A DNA stretch of 63,094 nucleotides, the filler included, from Dimorphilus gyrociliatus (Eukaryota; Animalia; Annelida), in assembly GCA_904063045.1 (NCBI GenBank). It is 4 parts of 4 records of this genome, joined end to end, with 100 filler letters (N's around TTAATTAATTAA, not from the genome) between each part and the next. Parts side by side here need not be neighbours in the genome. Positions count along the whole stretch, not along the records: positions 40,892 to 56,568 come from CAJFCJ010000228.1; positions 56,669 to 63,094 come from CAJFCJ010000334.1; 2 more parts are not named here. One strand, 5' to 3'. The notes beneath the pieces are model-generated. The model saw nothing but the letters and a program-made list of their open reading frames with translations. It made no database searches and was not told the DNA's origin. Shown piece after piece: positions 48,762 through 60,710 of this stretch (position 1 is the stretch's first letter; each line of letters starts with the position of its first letter). Position numbers and translations under genes: made by a program.

Positions 48762-49361
48762 TCAGCTCTTCTCATCCAGTTTTCTTAACTTTTTTTCTTC
48801 TTCAATTTTCCTTAACTCATATGAACATACATCAGCAAAGAATTTAAGCTTATAGAACCTATCATAGTCTTTTAGTTTCATATTTTCTTCAATTGCTTTT
48901 AGTTTTTGTCTTTGGTTCTGAAACCACACCTGAATCGTCCTTGCAGTTAATTTTAATCTTGAGGCCAGTACTTCCCTTTCTTCATTGCTTGGAAACATAT
49001 TATTATTAAAGTAAAGTCTTAAATGCCGATTTTGATAAGAATTCATCACTGTTCTTTTTCTTTTTGGTTGCTGCTTATTATGCTCACAGCTTTGTTTTTC
49101 TTCGCTATCTAGGTCTGGTAAATAGTTGTTTTTCAATGAATTTATCAAGCCAAAGTTTCTTGGGAATTTTTTTGTATACGAACTAATTTCTGATTTTGAA
49201 TTCTTTGAATCTTTGTTTTTTACATCAAAAGAAAGTTTATCTTGGCTTATAAACTTTATTTTTTTGCTAAATAGTGTTCTTTCTGCGACTTCCCGGCTTT
49301 TAGTTTCTTCTACTGATTTAGAATGTTCTGAACTAGCTTTTTGGTAATTTTTAGTGACCAT
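48762..49361 (-). CDS. Homeodomain transcription factor, 199 aa, intronless
   Basis: PKRKRTVMNSYQNRHLRLYF..NMFPSNEEREVLASRLKLTARTIQVWFQNQRQKLK. Confidence 0.9.
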   Translation of the reverse strand: MVTKNYQKASSEHSKSVEETKSREVAERTLFSKKIKFISQDKLSFDVKNKDSKNSKSEISSYTKKFPRNFGLINSLKNNYLPDLDSEEKQSCEHNKQQPKRKRTVMNSYQNRHLRLYFNNNMFPSNEEREVLASRLKLTARTIQVWFQNQRQKLKAIEENMKLKDYDRFYKLKFFADVCSYELRKIEEEKKLRKLDEKS

Positions 49362-50482
49362 CTGTGCTTTTTAGAAAATAATAAATTTATATTGTTTTTT
49401 GAGAATAATATGATAAGAAATATATAGCAATATAATAAATTAATTGCATTTTTTGAGTTAAACACCATATAATATTTATTTTAGCCAACTCTTTGATCAT
49501 AATTGCTTTTTTAATCAATGATTAAATGAAAGATTCCATATTAATATGGTCTTATTAGAAAAACATATTGTAAATAAATACTCATATTGAGTTTTTAAAC
49601 ATTAACTATACTTATAATATTCTATAAAATATATTAAATTTCAATACACAAGTCCTTGTTTGACTGTTTTATATCAATTATTAAAATCTATATTTCTATA
49701 AAAGAGCTTATATTCTATAATATGATAAAAACTTGGATTAGATTTGTTTGGTATATTGTTTACTAGATCTTTTTTTTGTTGGAAAGTGTAAATATATATT
49801 TTACTGGAATTTTTTTAATCAAAATAATAAATACTAGTTTGAGTATTATATATTCATTTTTAATACGGATTTTTGGACATAAAGACAGCTAGTTGAATAA
49901 ATAAATGAAAATAAACATAAAATAAAACATATATTCCCTTTATTTATTTATATAGAAAAATTAGAATATTTTCCACTTTGAGTAGATTGAAAATATACCG
50001 TTTTTGCTAATTTATAATTATCTGAAAAACACCCACTTATTTTTATAGTTTTCTATTTATAATATATTTTCAATTTTGGTTACTTTTTATAATAAGATTA
50101 TTTAAATAAAACATATCTCTCAAACCCAAAAGGTAAAAAAAAATAATCCTATTTAATCAGTTAATTATTTTAGCAATAAATATATACATTCCATAAAAAA
50201 ATAGAATACAAAACAATACTGTTCACTATATTCTTTACAAAAAAGGAAATTGCTTTCCCCCTGTTTAGGATACTTGGCTTTATGATAAATTACTATTTTG
50301 AGAAGGATACCATTTTTATATATTTAGTATGAAATTTCAATTTTTTTGTGTTGATTTATTCAAAAATTAAGTTATATAATATTTTAATATAAAGCTAAAG
50401 TAAACAATTAATAAGTTTCAATATTGACCGTTCTTAATAAATTTAGAATAGTTAATGGTAATTTAAGCATAATATCATTGTA

Positions 50483-51737
50483 TAGGTGGTTCGATCAGCT
50501 TGAGATCTTTTGCAACCAACTTGAGACAAAATAAATACAAATTTTAAACTTTCATCTTTTTTATTTCCCTCCAGATAACTATAAAGGTTTTTAGGTCATT
50601 TATATCCTATTATGGTAACAATAACATCAAACGATCAACTAAGGCTGTTTCTTCCGATGATAGAAAAAGGATCATAGTAAAAGTACTCGAAGGAATGTCG
50701 GCCAAGGCGATACCCGAATCGTTAAGCCTGAAATATAAAACCGTAAACCGATTAATAAAAAAATTTTAAAAACAGGAAATCTCATGAAAGGAAAACAAGG
50801 CGGGAATAGAAGATCTATTCTTACGGCCCAAGAAAAAGAACAACTAACAAGCTGGGTGGATGCCGATTGCTCTTTAACCCTAAAAAAGTTGGTAAAGGAG
50901 CGTGAATTGAAATTTGGCAAGTATCCATCAAAGAGTACTGTTGATAGGACATTACGCTAGTTTCATTTCACATTAAAACAAATAATACATATACCTTATG
51001 CTAGGATAACTGATAGCTGCAAGGAAAAACAAAAAGACTATGTTAGAAGTTATCGTGAGGTGGAATCAGAAAATGAAGATAAAAACTTCATTTTCATAGA
51101 TGAAGTGGGATTTGCTGTGGCCATAAGAACAAAAAAAGGAGAGCAAAAAGTGGCCAGTCACCTATGATGACGGTTCCTTCTACAAGAAGCAGAAATATTT
51201 CTATTGTTGCTGCCATGAATAAGTATGGCATGATTTATCAAAAGATTCATGAAAGATCTGTAAAAGGTGAAGATTTCAAAGAGTCTATTTTGAAAATTGA
51301 AGCAGCATGCCGAAGAAAAGGAGTTGAACCCCCTGTTTTTATAATGGATAATGCTCGAATTCATCATTACAGAGGACTTTGAGACGAAATAAACAGGATA
51401 AATATGACCATAAAATACCTTCCACCGTATTCACCGTTTTTAAATCCTATAGAGAACATTTTTTCAATTTGGAAGAATTTACTAAAAAAGGATAAGCCAG
51501 CGAGTGAATCACAGCTACGAAACTCTATAAAAGAGTTTTAAATAAAACACTACCAACAGATTGTAGCTCATTCTACAGGAAAATGATAGATATAGTAGTA
51601 AAAATAGAAAATAATGAAAGAATTCTTAATTAAAAAGGATAAGTTTTTGAAATATTATTATTTATCTATTAAATTTTATTTAAATTCGACGTATAAATAA
51701 AATTCTAATTTTATCTCAAGTTGATCGAAACCCCCTA
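50483..51737 (+). mobile_element. Decayed IS630-like/Tc1-superfamily DD34E element
   Basis: TIRs tataggtggttcgatcagcttgagat / atctcaagttgatcgaaaccccctata; fragments FIFIDEVGF, RNISIVAAM, FIMDNARIH, YLPPYSPFLNPIE with stops and frameshifts. Confidence 0.85.
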
Positions 51738-51749
51738 TATCCTACGAAA

Positions 51750-52700
51750 AAGTGCCCCATGATAAACTGCTTGGTAAGATCCCAGAGATGGAGGTCTTGG
51801 CATGCTACCGCGCATTTGTTAGCAGATTGTATAGAAGTGTGCAATTAAAAGTACAAATAGCCCTCTATATCAAATAGCTTCTACTATGTTGTGGATAGAG
51901 GCAAGCTTGCCCACACTCTTCTTCTATTACATCTCTATGTTATTGACGTTTTTTAGGAATAAGAGGTATAGAGGCAGATAGGCTTGACTGAAAGAGTATC
52001 TGGACTGTTATTAGAGGGCGTTGAGATATAGCATTCAACCTTATTAAGCTACAATAATGGTTTAGTACATGATAGGGAGCATCCCAGTCACCGGTAGATA
52101 TAAACATACACCATAGTGATCAGGCGACTTCGATGGTGCTGACCTATATCTATTTTGGTATTCATATATCCAAGGACCTGGGAGACGATATCCATCAGGA
52201 TAGAAGGGTGGAAGGGGATGTTTGGCACTACTTCAGTGTCAAACACTTCTGGGGAATCCTTCCTCTGGAATTTACCACAAGGTGTGAATACTCAGACGAG
52301 TACTCATTCCAATATTAACATATGGGGTAGAAACCATTTGAATGAACTCTATCCTATGCAGAAAGTTGTAAAGGATTATGAGCAAAAATGTATCACAAAA
52401 CTTCAACAAATTATCAATGTATAAAGGTTTATATATAGAGATGGTCGATGTGATCACTGCCAGTGTGCAAACCAGAGCCTAAATAAAGTAGAAATACCCA
52501 CGTAATTATATGAGTACCTTCATTGAACCCCTTAAAAGCAAAGAAATTAACATGGGCGACACATATAATCCGATGGCCCATAAGGTATGCGCCTACTGCG
52601 CTAGACAGTGAGGGAAGGCAAGCACCTTCTATTACCAAGCGGAGTCTAGAGAATAGGTAATTCGCTAGGCACTTTAACGGTATCTCAAGGATAAGATATA
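51750..52700 (+). pseudogene. Possible highly decayed non-LTR retrotransposon RT fragment
   Basis: EKVPHDKLLGKI near 51750 and a broken GGRG motif near 52210; higher GC than flanks; weak evidence. Confidence 0.3.
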
Positions 52701-53287
52701 GGTGAAAAATCGCTAAAATGTAAGTACATCATCGATATATAGAGGTACTGGATGCCATTCTCTACCCAAGCTTGCTGAAAATGAATTCCCTTTGTATTTT
52801 ATTGATCATGCTAGAACATTTATTTGATACTTCTATTTTTAATGTATATGTAATGAGTAAAAAATGTAGTCTATCTGCTTTTGTTCTACTGTCCTCGATA
52901 AAAAAAAAGAAATTAGATATAAATCTTTATCATAACAACACAGCGCCGTGCTTTTAGAACGAAGGCAAGGCTTTAATACTATATACATTATTTTACAAAA
53001 ACATCCAACATAAAGCACTAAGTAGTCTTTCGAACCAGTAGAGATAAAATTTTAGAATTCCGAGAATTCTTATTTCAAAAAACAGGAATAAGTGATATTT
53101 AGATGTTTTAGTTAATGTTTTATTTAACGATTCTATTTTTAGTCCCCTCTTAATAAGTTTAACCAATCCTTTTATTGAAATAAATAGAACTGTAGAACTC
53201 TTTAGAGATAAAAATTAAAATGATTACTCAATAGTTAAATACCATTTATTAAAACCCTCCGATTATTAAAAAAGTAGGAGATATTAT

Positions 53288-54385
53288 GGGCTGGTTTGAA
53301 ATTCTGCCTACCCATAAGGTAGTACCCTTGTGTACTTTTCGACCTAAGGTAGGTACCTATGTACCTACCTATGTTTTAAATTTTTTTTTAAAAAATTATT
53401 TATTAAAAATTATTTATTAAAAAATTTCTTACATATTTCAATAAAAATAGAATTAAATTCCTCATTTGTTGCATTAAATAAATATCTTTTTTTGAAAGTG
53501 TAAGTCTTTATCCAATGTTCTAGATTACTTCTCATAACTCCATTTTCATTCCTAAGACATCTTTTTAAGTTTGACCAAAGAGCCTCAATGTTGTTCGTGT
53601 GTACTCCATCAATAGACTTAAATCCATTGTCATGATCAACCTTCTGGTGTATAAGCCCCAAGTTTCTAGCAACACCAGGATAAGATGGATGACCATCACT
53701 TCTTAATATACTTCCTACCCTTATCTTTCCTTCTAAAATGCTTGAAAGTGTATTGATTTTCCTATTTGGAATATTACATAGTATAAAATTTTGATGGCCA
53801 GATTCTTCCATGGCTCCTATTACCCAAACAGTGTCCTTTATATCATCAGGAGTACTTGTTGGTAGTAAAATCTTTTTCTTTCTACATATACATGTCTCAT
53901 CTATTTGAACAATAACACCAGGTCCACCAATAGCTTTAGGATACTGTTCAAGGTGATTGTGATATACACCTTCTAGGGCTTTTTTGATAGCCCAAACAGT
54001 ACTTTTAGAAACATCATATTCCCTTTGTACATCTCTATATGTAGATGACGACATAAGGCGATATAATATTCGAAGCATCTTACTAAAGTCAATATTAAAA
54101 GATATTAAACCTTTTCTTTTTTGACAACCTTTCTTTTTACATCTAAAGATTAATTTTGTACCAGTAACAGAAGAAACTGGGATAAGCTTCATATCATTAC
54201 CACATATGCAATCTTTAGAGATCGACAAAATATGATTATCAACAAAAAAGTCAATTAGTTCACTATTATTTCTAAAATATAAATCATCCATATTAAAATT
54301 ATTCATTAAGGGGCAATAAAATAAAAATAAAAAAGTGCTTTGGTTTGAAATTCTGCCTACCCTAAGGTAGGCAGAATTTCAAACC
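53288..54385 (-). mobile_element. Second Merlin copy, inverted relative to the first; altered 5' terminus, no TSD
   Basis: gggctggtttgaaattctgcctacc at 53288; the other end lacks the terminal agcccc and forms a long palindrome. Confidence 0.9.
53410..54306 (-). CDS. Merlin transposase identical in protein sequence to 44127-45023
   Basis: ORF translations are identical (298 aa). Confidence 0.92.
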   Translation of the reverse strand: MNNFNMDDLYFRNNSELIDFFVDNHILSISKDCICGNDMKLIPVSSVTGTKLIFRCKKKGCQKRKGLISFNIDFSKMLRILYRLMSSSTYRDVQREYDVSKSTVWAIKKALEGVYHNHLEQYPKAIGGPGVIVQIDETCICRKKKILLPTSTPDDIKDTVWVIGAMEESGHQNFILCNIPNRKINTLSSILEGKIRVGSILRSDGHPSYPGVARNLGLIHQKVDHDNGFKSIDGVHTNNIEALWSNLKRCLRNENGVMRSNLEHWIKTYTFKKRYLFNATNEEFNSIFIEICKKFFNK

Positions 54386-54399
54386 AAAGCACTTTTTTA

Positions 54400-56534
54400 T
54401 TCTTCTTTTTCCGATTAAATTTCTTGCTATTTAATGTTGAAGCATAGCTTTCTAAGCTTCCATAAAAGTATTTCAATTTGCGAATATCCACATTGCAATC
54501 AGTTAAATCTACTTCTTTAATATACGGTAATTCAAAAATATATATGATTTCATCTGTTGTTAAAAAACTGTTACCAGCTATTTTAAGACTTTCGATGTTT
54601 CTTAATTTATTAATTGGTAACAATCCTCCTCTGGGTAGCTTTCTCTGTGATAAATCAAGTTCTACTAAATTAAAAAGCTTTAATATAGAGTCTAAATTTG
54701 ATTGATAAATAGAGTTCTTTCCTTTTACCCGTAATTTTTTTAGATTTTTAAGCTTATGAATATCAACTAATGAATTGATAGGTGGCTCACAAAAATCAAT
54801 ACTTAAACTTTGTAGATTAGTTAACTGTGAAATTGCATGATAATCTACATTTTTAAGTTTTTATTGCCAGATAAATTCAAATTTACTAAGCTTTGAAGCA
54901 TTCTGATATTTATTAAATCACCTGTGTTTATATCACAATACTTAGCTTTCAATTTTTTCAGATTTGATAATCTGAATATAGAGTCAAAGTCGTCTTCACC
55001 AATTTTCTTATTATCATTCAGATTAAGATATTCTAATTTATATAATGAATCAATATGTATAATGTCTCCAGTCTTTAAGGCACAATTTTCAATAATAAGT
55101 GTTTTTAAATTTATACATTTCATTATGCTATTTAAGTCTTCATCTCCTAAATTCTTTTGGTTAGATAAATTTAAATATCTAAGATTTTTCAATTTCTGAA
55201 TGTTTATTAAGTCTCCTTTTCGTAAAAGAGCCAGAGAGAGGTCTAAATACCTTAAAGAAGCTCCATTATTATGTGCACTGTAGATGTAAATACTTGATTG
55301 GTCCAAATGTGATTCTTTTGTAAAGAAAGGGATTGTTGCATTATCTTCATTTATTATAGAAACATACTTCATTATTATTAATGTCAGTTTTTTTAAATTC
55401 CCAATGCAGGTTAAAGCTTTATAATCCTTTTGATGTATTGTATATTTTACGGATATCTTTAACTCATCTAGCTTCTCCAGTATTTCAAGATTATCTTCTA
55501 TAACGCCTTCATCCATGGTTTGACACGTAATATCAAGCAATTTTAGGCTTTTAAGATCTCTTATAGTTTCTATAATGCCTTTAGTCAATACAAGAAGCTT
55601 AATTCTTAATGTTTTCAGTTCCTGCATTTGGCAAATATTCGTTAATTTATTAGTAGTGCGGGAAGAAAAGGGTAGAGATAATTTAACCAGTTTCTTACAT
55701 TGAATATTAAGAAGAACATCACAATCTGAATAACTTTCCCCCACTTCAAATCTTTCTAAATTTTCTAGGCTATTAATCAATGATAAAAATTCAGATTCAT
55801 ATTCATAAAGTAAAATCGTCCCAAATATAAGTGTCTTTAGGTTGGTCAGTGCATGAAGCCTGTGTAACTGATAGCCAGATAGTTTGATACAGAATAGGTC
55901 CAATATTCGAGTTCATTTAGATTAGAAATTGCATCTGCAAACTCACTTGGCAATGCGGAGTTAGCAAAGTCAAGGTATTTTAATCTCCTGAGTTTTGAGA
56001 TAGACAAAATTTCTGCCATATTCAAGGCATTTCTTTGGAGGCTTAAAGACTCTAAATTTACCAGTTTATCTATTTCAATCAATGCTCCTTGAGGAAGGAG
56101 CACTCTGATATATCTAATGATGATAAATTAACCAAATTTAATATACTTTTTAAACCATCTGGGTTAAGATTAAAGTTTTCTCTTAAAGAAAGATGTTTAA
56201 TATAACAAAACATTGAGAAATTAAAATTGCAGTGTAAATTTGAAAAACTATCGTTTAAATTTAAAAATTCAAGGCTGTAGATTTTGGATAATTTTTTCAA
56301 AACCTTTATATTTATATTGTAGCTTTTTTCCATGTGAAGTACTTTCAAGTTTTGCAAGCTATCTAAAGATATTAATTCATCGTTTTGAAACTTGTTATTG
56401 TTTAAATTTAAGTATTCTAGGTCTCTAAGATTCATAATTTTATCGTAATAAAACACTCGACTTTTCTTTACTTCTGGCTTAAAGTTTGTCTTAGATTTGT
56501 TAATTCGTTTTAATAGAGATCCCAATCGATTCAT
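54400..56534 (-). pseudogene. Large LRR-repeat protein gene with several single-base frameshifts
   Basis: LxxLxxLxLxxN repeats across ORFs 56079-56534, 55846-56103, 54845-55903 and 54357-54623; frame shifts near 56100, 55900, 54850 and 54660; 3' end abuts Merlin copy 2. Confidence 0.8.
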
Positions 56535-56568
56535 TGGTTTTTGATTTTATTAAGAAAGTTTTTTTGTG

Positions 56569-56668
56569 NNNNNNNNNNNNNNNNNNNNNNNNNNNNNNNN
56601 NNNNNNNNNNNNTTAATTAATTAANNNNNNNNNNNNNNNNNNNNNNNNNNNNNNNNNNNNNNNNNNNN
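56569..56668. other. Artificial contig spacer
   Basis: N44-TTAATTAATTAA-N44. Confidence 0.97.
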
Positions 56669-56942
56669 TTTTTTCTCCATTTTATCAGAATACAAAACTG
56701 AAAATTTTCTTCTAAGCAAAGACCAGGATTGAAATAGTTTTATATCTTCTGCAGACTTCAATACTAAAACCAGTTTAAAACCTGTTCAGAATTCATTTTC
56801 TTTTAAATATGCTTAAAGAATGGCGACAATAGTATTGAATCTTACCTCTTAAGGTTTTGAGCTGTTGTGTGTTCAACTATTGCATATTTTCCTTTTATTA
56901 TTTATACAATATAATATATAGTTTTCTAAAAATTCAAATTTT

Positions 56943-57480
56943 TTGCAATACTTTGGCATTTACTTACTATTTTTTTTTTTGACATTGTCAAGGTTAACAG
57001 CATCCATTATTGCTCTTGAAAGATATTCAGCAGTTGTTAACCGATTTGAAAAAATTTTTATATCAAAACATTTGTTTATTCTTTATGCTATTTGTTTCTA
57101 TTATTATATCAGTATTCCCATTCTACAATTATAATGTAAGACAAAACTGCAAACACTTAGGAAAATGTCTATTTTCAATATTTTTTCAAAGATAGGCCTA
57201 CAGACATTTTTTTGCTAGGAGGAAAACAGTATATATTATATACTTTTATTTTTTAAAAAGGTCAAAGATATCCATAGCCAATCACCTATGAGTGTAATGG
57301 TTTTTATCAGAAATTTTAAAGGCAAAGACTGGCTTTTTTCATTTATGCTTTTCATAATCTTTCAACCAATCATTCAATCTTTAACAATTTTTTTTGATAG
57401 CTAATAAGAAAAAGACTTCTGGTTGAGCATAATAATGAAAAGGCCATTATACTTCCAATAAATTTACACAATCTTCTTCA
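56943..57480 (+). pseudogene. Degenerate rhodopsin-class GPCR fragment
   Basis: LTASIIALERYSAVV (TM3 ERY) followed by hydrophobic, frame-broken segments. Confidence 0.5.
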
Positions 57481-57630
57481 TTGCTATAAAACAAAAGATT
57501 AATGTATTAATGGGGTGCAGGAGAAAATTGAATTGAAAATTGGTATAGACAATTAGGGTTAAATATTGATTTAAGCTTTTGAGATTATAAAAATTATTCA
57601 ATGATAGATCCGCCATTTTGTTGATGATTA

Positions 57631-57773
57631 CAGTTGTGACAAACCAGGAGTTCCTACAATTACAATACAACAAAGTACACAGTCACAGAAAAAAGACACC
57701 AAAATCAACATTTAAAACAATTTCTGTACTTTATTGCTTTGTAATTATAGGAACTTCTGGTTTGTCACAATTG
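57631..57773. mobile_element. Tc1/mariner-derived MITE
   Basis: TA|cagttgtgacaaaccaggagttcctacaattaca ... tgtaattataggaacttctggtttgtcacaattg|TA; arms about 50 bp. Confidence 0.8.
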
Positions 57774-58226
57774 TAATCGTCCTTTCAAAATCATTTACCA
57801 ATTTGCCAAAGTACTCAAACAAATAGAACCATTAAAGCTCGTCCACAAGTAGTCTTAACAAATGTAATTTCTGTAGAAATGACTCGTCATTGTACATTAA
57901 ATAAATTAATGAAAGTAGACAGGATTGGGGGATTCTATGAGAAGAATTCCCCTTCAGATATTTGAAATAGATTACAAATAAAGATTCTTGAGAATTGTTG
58001 TGTAAGAGACAACTGTAAGAATATAGAAAAGACCAAAAAAGGAATAGGAAAATGAATAACAATTATTATGGAATAAGTAGGCATAGATGTTAGTGAATGA
58101 GAAAAATGATAAGTATGGAATAAGAGAATAGAATAAGAAGAAGATTAAAAAATATATAAAATAAAGATTAAAATGGTAATATAGTGAGAATATAATAATT
58201 AATAATTAATATATGTTTATTAAAAT

Positions 58227-60710
58227 GGGGATTGGGAGAAAACGGCCCACTTTTGGGAGAAATGGCCTACTTTTGGGAGAAAACGGCCTACTTTTTGGAG
58301 ATAACGGCCCATAAATATATTAACCTGTGATTATTACAAACATTACATATCTTCTACATTTACCAGTTTTCTCTGGTATTACATCATATGAGCAGCCATG
58401 ACACAGGAAGTTATTAGTATTTCCTGTTTATTTAATTAAGGAGGATAATAGAAAATTGAAAGATTATCTTTGTATCATTTTATTGAAGAGAGAACTTTTA
58501 CAGGTAACATTTCTTTATGTGAATCATTAATAATTTGCTATTAATGTCATTAAAGTTTTTCTTTCTTTATAAAATATTTCAAAATTATATTTCTTTCCAT
58601 AACTTTTACTTCAACTTTCTAATCTTTAATCCTACTATTAGAAGATAACTGACATGCCATTAATTTGTTCAGGAAGATTTTTTGGAAGACAAAAAAGATT
58701 AAAATGTACAAATTGTAAAAATTTTCTCCATCAGAAATGTTTGAAAGGTAGACTTTCATTCATTCATGTTACATTTTCAAGTGAATATTTTTTTTCCTAT
58801 TTTTAGGTGCTGATAATGTATGTAAAGCTTACAAAACTTCTGAACAAGAAACATCAATTGTTGAGAAATGTCAATGTTGTAATAAAATACTTTTGGGTAA
58901 TCATTTGACTTTTTTTTATCTTTTTGTGATAATTATTTTTCAGATATCAAAGAGGGAAAATGTACAAATTGTACAATCATCTCTCACAGAAAATGCTTTG
59001 TTCAGCTAAAGAGAATTCCTCAAACTTCCAAAAATACAATTTTTGACAGAGTAGCATATGACATTGAAAGAGAAAATATCAATGAAATCATTGATATTGA
59101 AAATGAAGAAATAGACACTGATTTTCATATTGAAGACTGCAGAAATCATGCAAATAATATTGAAGAGGATTGAAGTTTAGTCTCAAATATTAAAGCTAAG
59201 AAAAGTTTGAGAGATATCTGTGAAACTGATAATAAGTCACCAGGGAGAGTTATTGCAGAGATTGTTCTGCTAAAACATGTTGAAGAAGCAAATAGTTTGC
59301 CAAACATAGAAAACTTAAGAAGAATGGTAAATTTCAACAGACAAAAGAAAAGACCAAATGAACCACAAAGCATTGTTTTTGAACTAAATATGGCTTTCAT
59401 TCCAGATGATATCCTGCAAAGAGATGTAACTGTAGGCAAACACAAAATTATAATTTTTGCTTCTAATCATCAACTGGCACTTTTAGGCAAAAGCAAGATA
59501 TGTTATATGGATGGAACATTTAAAATTGTTAAACCACCATTCATTCAACTTTTTTCTTTGCATTCATTTTTAAAATATGAAGGAGAAATGAAACAAGTGC
59601 CTTTAGCATTTGTATTAATGACATCAAAGAAAAAGAAAGCATATAAGATTGTATTTAAGGTACACCATTTTTAAATAAAAAACTTCATAAAACTTTATAA
59701 TATTTTTCAACAGGAAATTCAAAGTCTAATGAATGGATGGACACCAAAGAAATTTGTTGTTGATTTTGAAATGGGATTGTGGACAGCTCTAGATGCTATA
59801 TTCCCTCAAGTTTTCATTCAAGGGTGTTTTTCATTGGACACAAGCAGTTTTTTGTCAAATTAAAGTATTATTAGTAGAATTGTTAAAAAAAATATTTTCT
59901 CTACAAATTTCTGTTTTAGATGCTTGGGTATTCTTTGGACTATAATGACAATATGTCAAATAGGAAACTACTAACTACTAATAGTACCAGTTTTAAAGCA
60001 GTTTCAATGAATTTTCCTCAAAAGTAAACAATTTAAAAAAACAGGAAGTAGATGTAACTATAAAAGAAAACTGGTATAAAATGAATATTTTTCTTATACT
60101 TTTAAAATAGCTCAGCAATCTTTTATCAATTAATTTTAAAGTATTTTGTTGTAACTATTTCTTTTGGTTTTATGCTAAGAACATTCTTTCTATTAAAGAT
60201 GGGCACATTTGCTATTTCAACTGTGGACATTTTCCATTTCATCTGTGGGCGTTTTCCATATTTGTGTGGACGTTTTCCATATATTTGTGGACGTTTTCCA
60301 TTGTGGACATTTTCCATGACCCCCCCCCCTACTTTTTGCTATTTGTATTTTATAATCAAAGTAAATATTCAAATATTTCTTTCAGGTATATTTTATGCTT
60401 GGAATTTATAAAGTGGTTAATTATTTTATACTTTCACTTTCATTTAAAAATTCCAAAAATAAATTTTTCAAATCCATTTCTGATCACAGTGAGAAGTGAC
60501 TAATTTAAATACACTGTTGTTGGTTAACCCTAATAAAAGAGTATGAAAGAATCATATAAGAAATTCAATAGTTACAAAGAATATAAATTCAAAAAAGAAA
60601 AAAACAATCACACCACAATTTTGAAAAGCAGATTGAGAAGTAAATCACTTAGTGTAAATATGAAAATCTTCTATTGAAAGAAAAAGGNGGCTGTTTTCTC
60701 CCATACTCCC
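58227..60710 (+). mobile_element. Decayed MULE (Mutator) element with spliced transposase and Cys-rich N-terminal exons
   Basis: Left gggagaaaacggccc repeats and matching right end ggctgttttctcccatactccc; CYMDGTFK, VPLAFVLM, intron ~59660-59712, VVDFEMGL, frameshifted GCF.HWTQAV; KCTNC and KCQCC blocks upstream; no TSD found. Confidence 0.75.
60195..60330. repeat. Tandem gtggacgttttccat array ending in gacccccc; likely the end of another MULE-type element
   Basis: Five imperfect copies of tgtgg(a/g)c(g/a)ttttccat. Confidence 0.65.

Noticed and set aside
60126-60503. ORFs with repeated GKRP or CGRFP peptides
   Set aside because: Translations of a tandem DNA repeat at a TE end.
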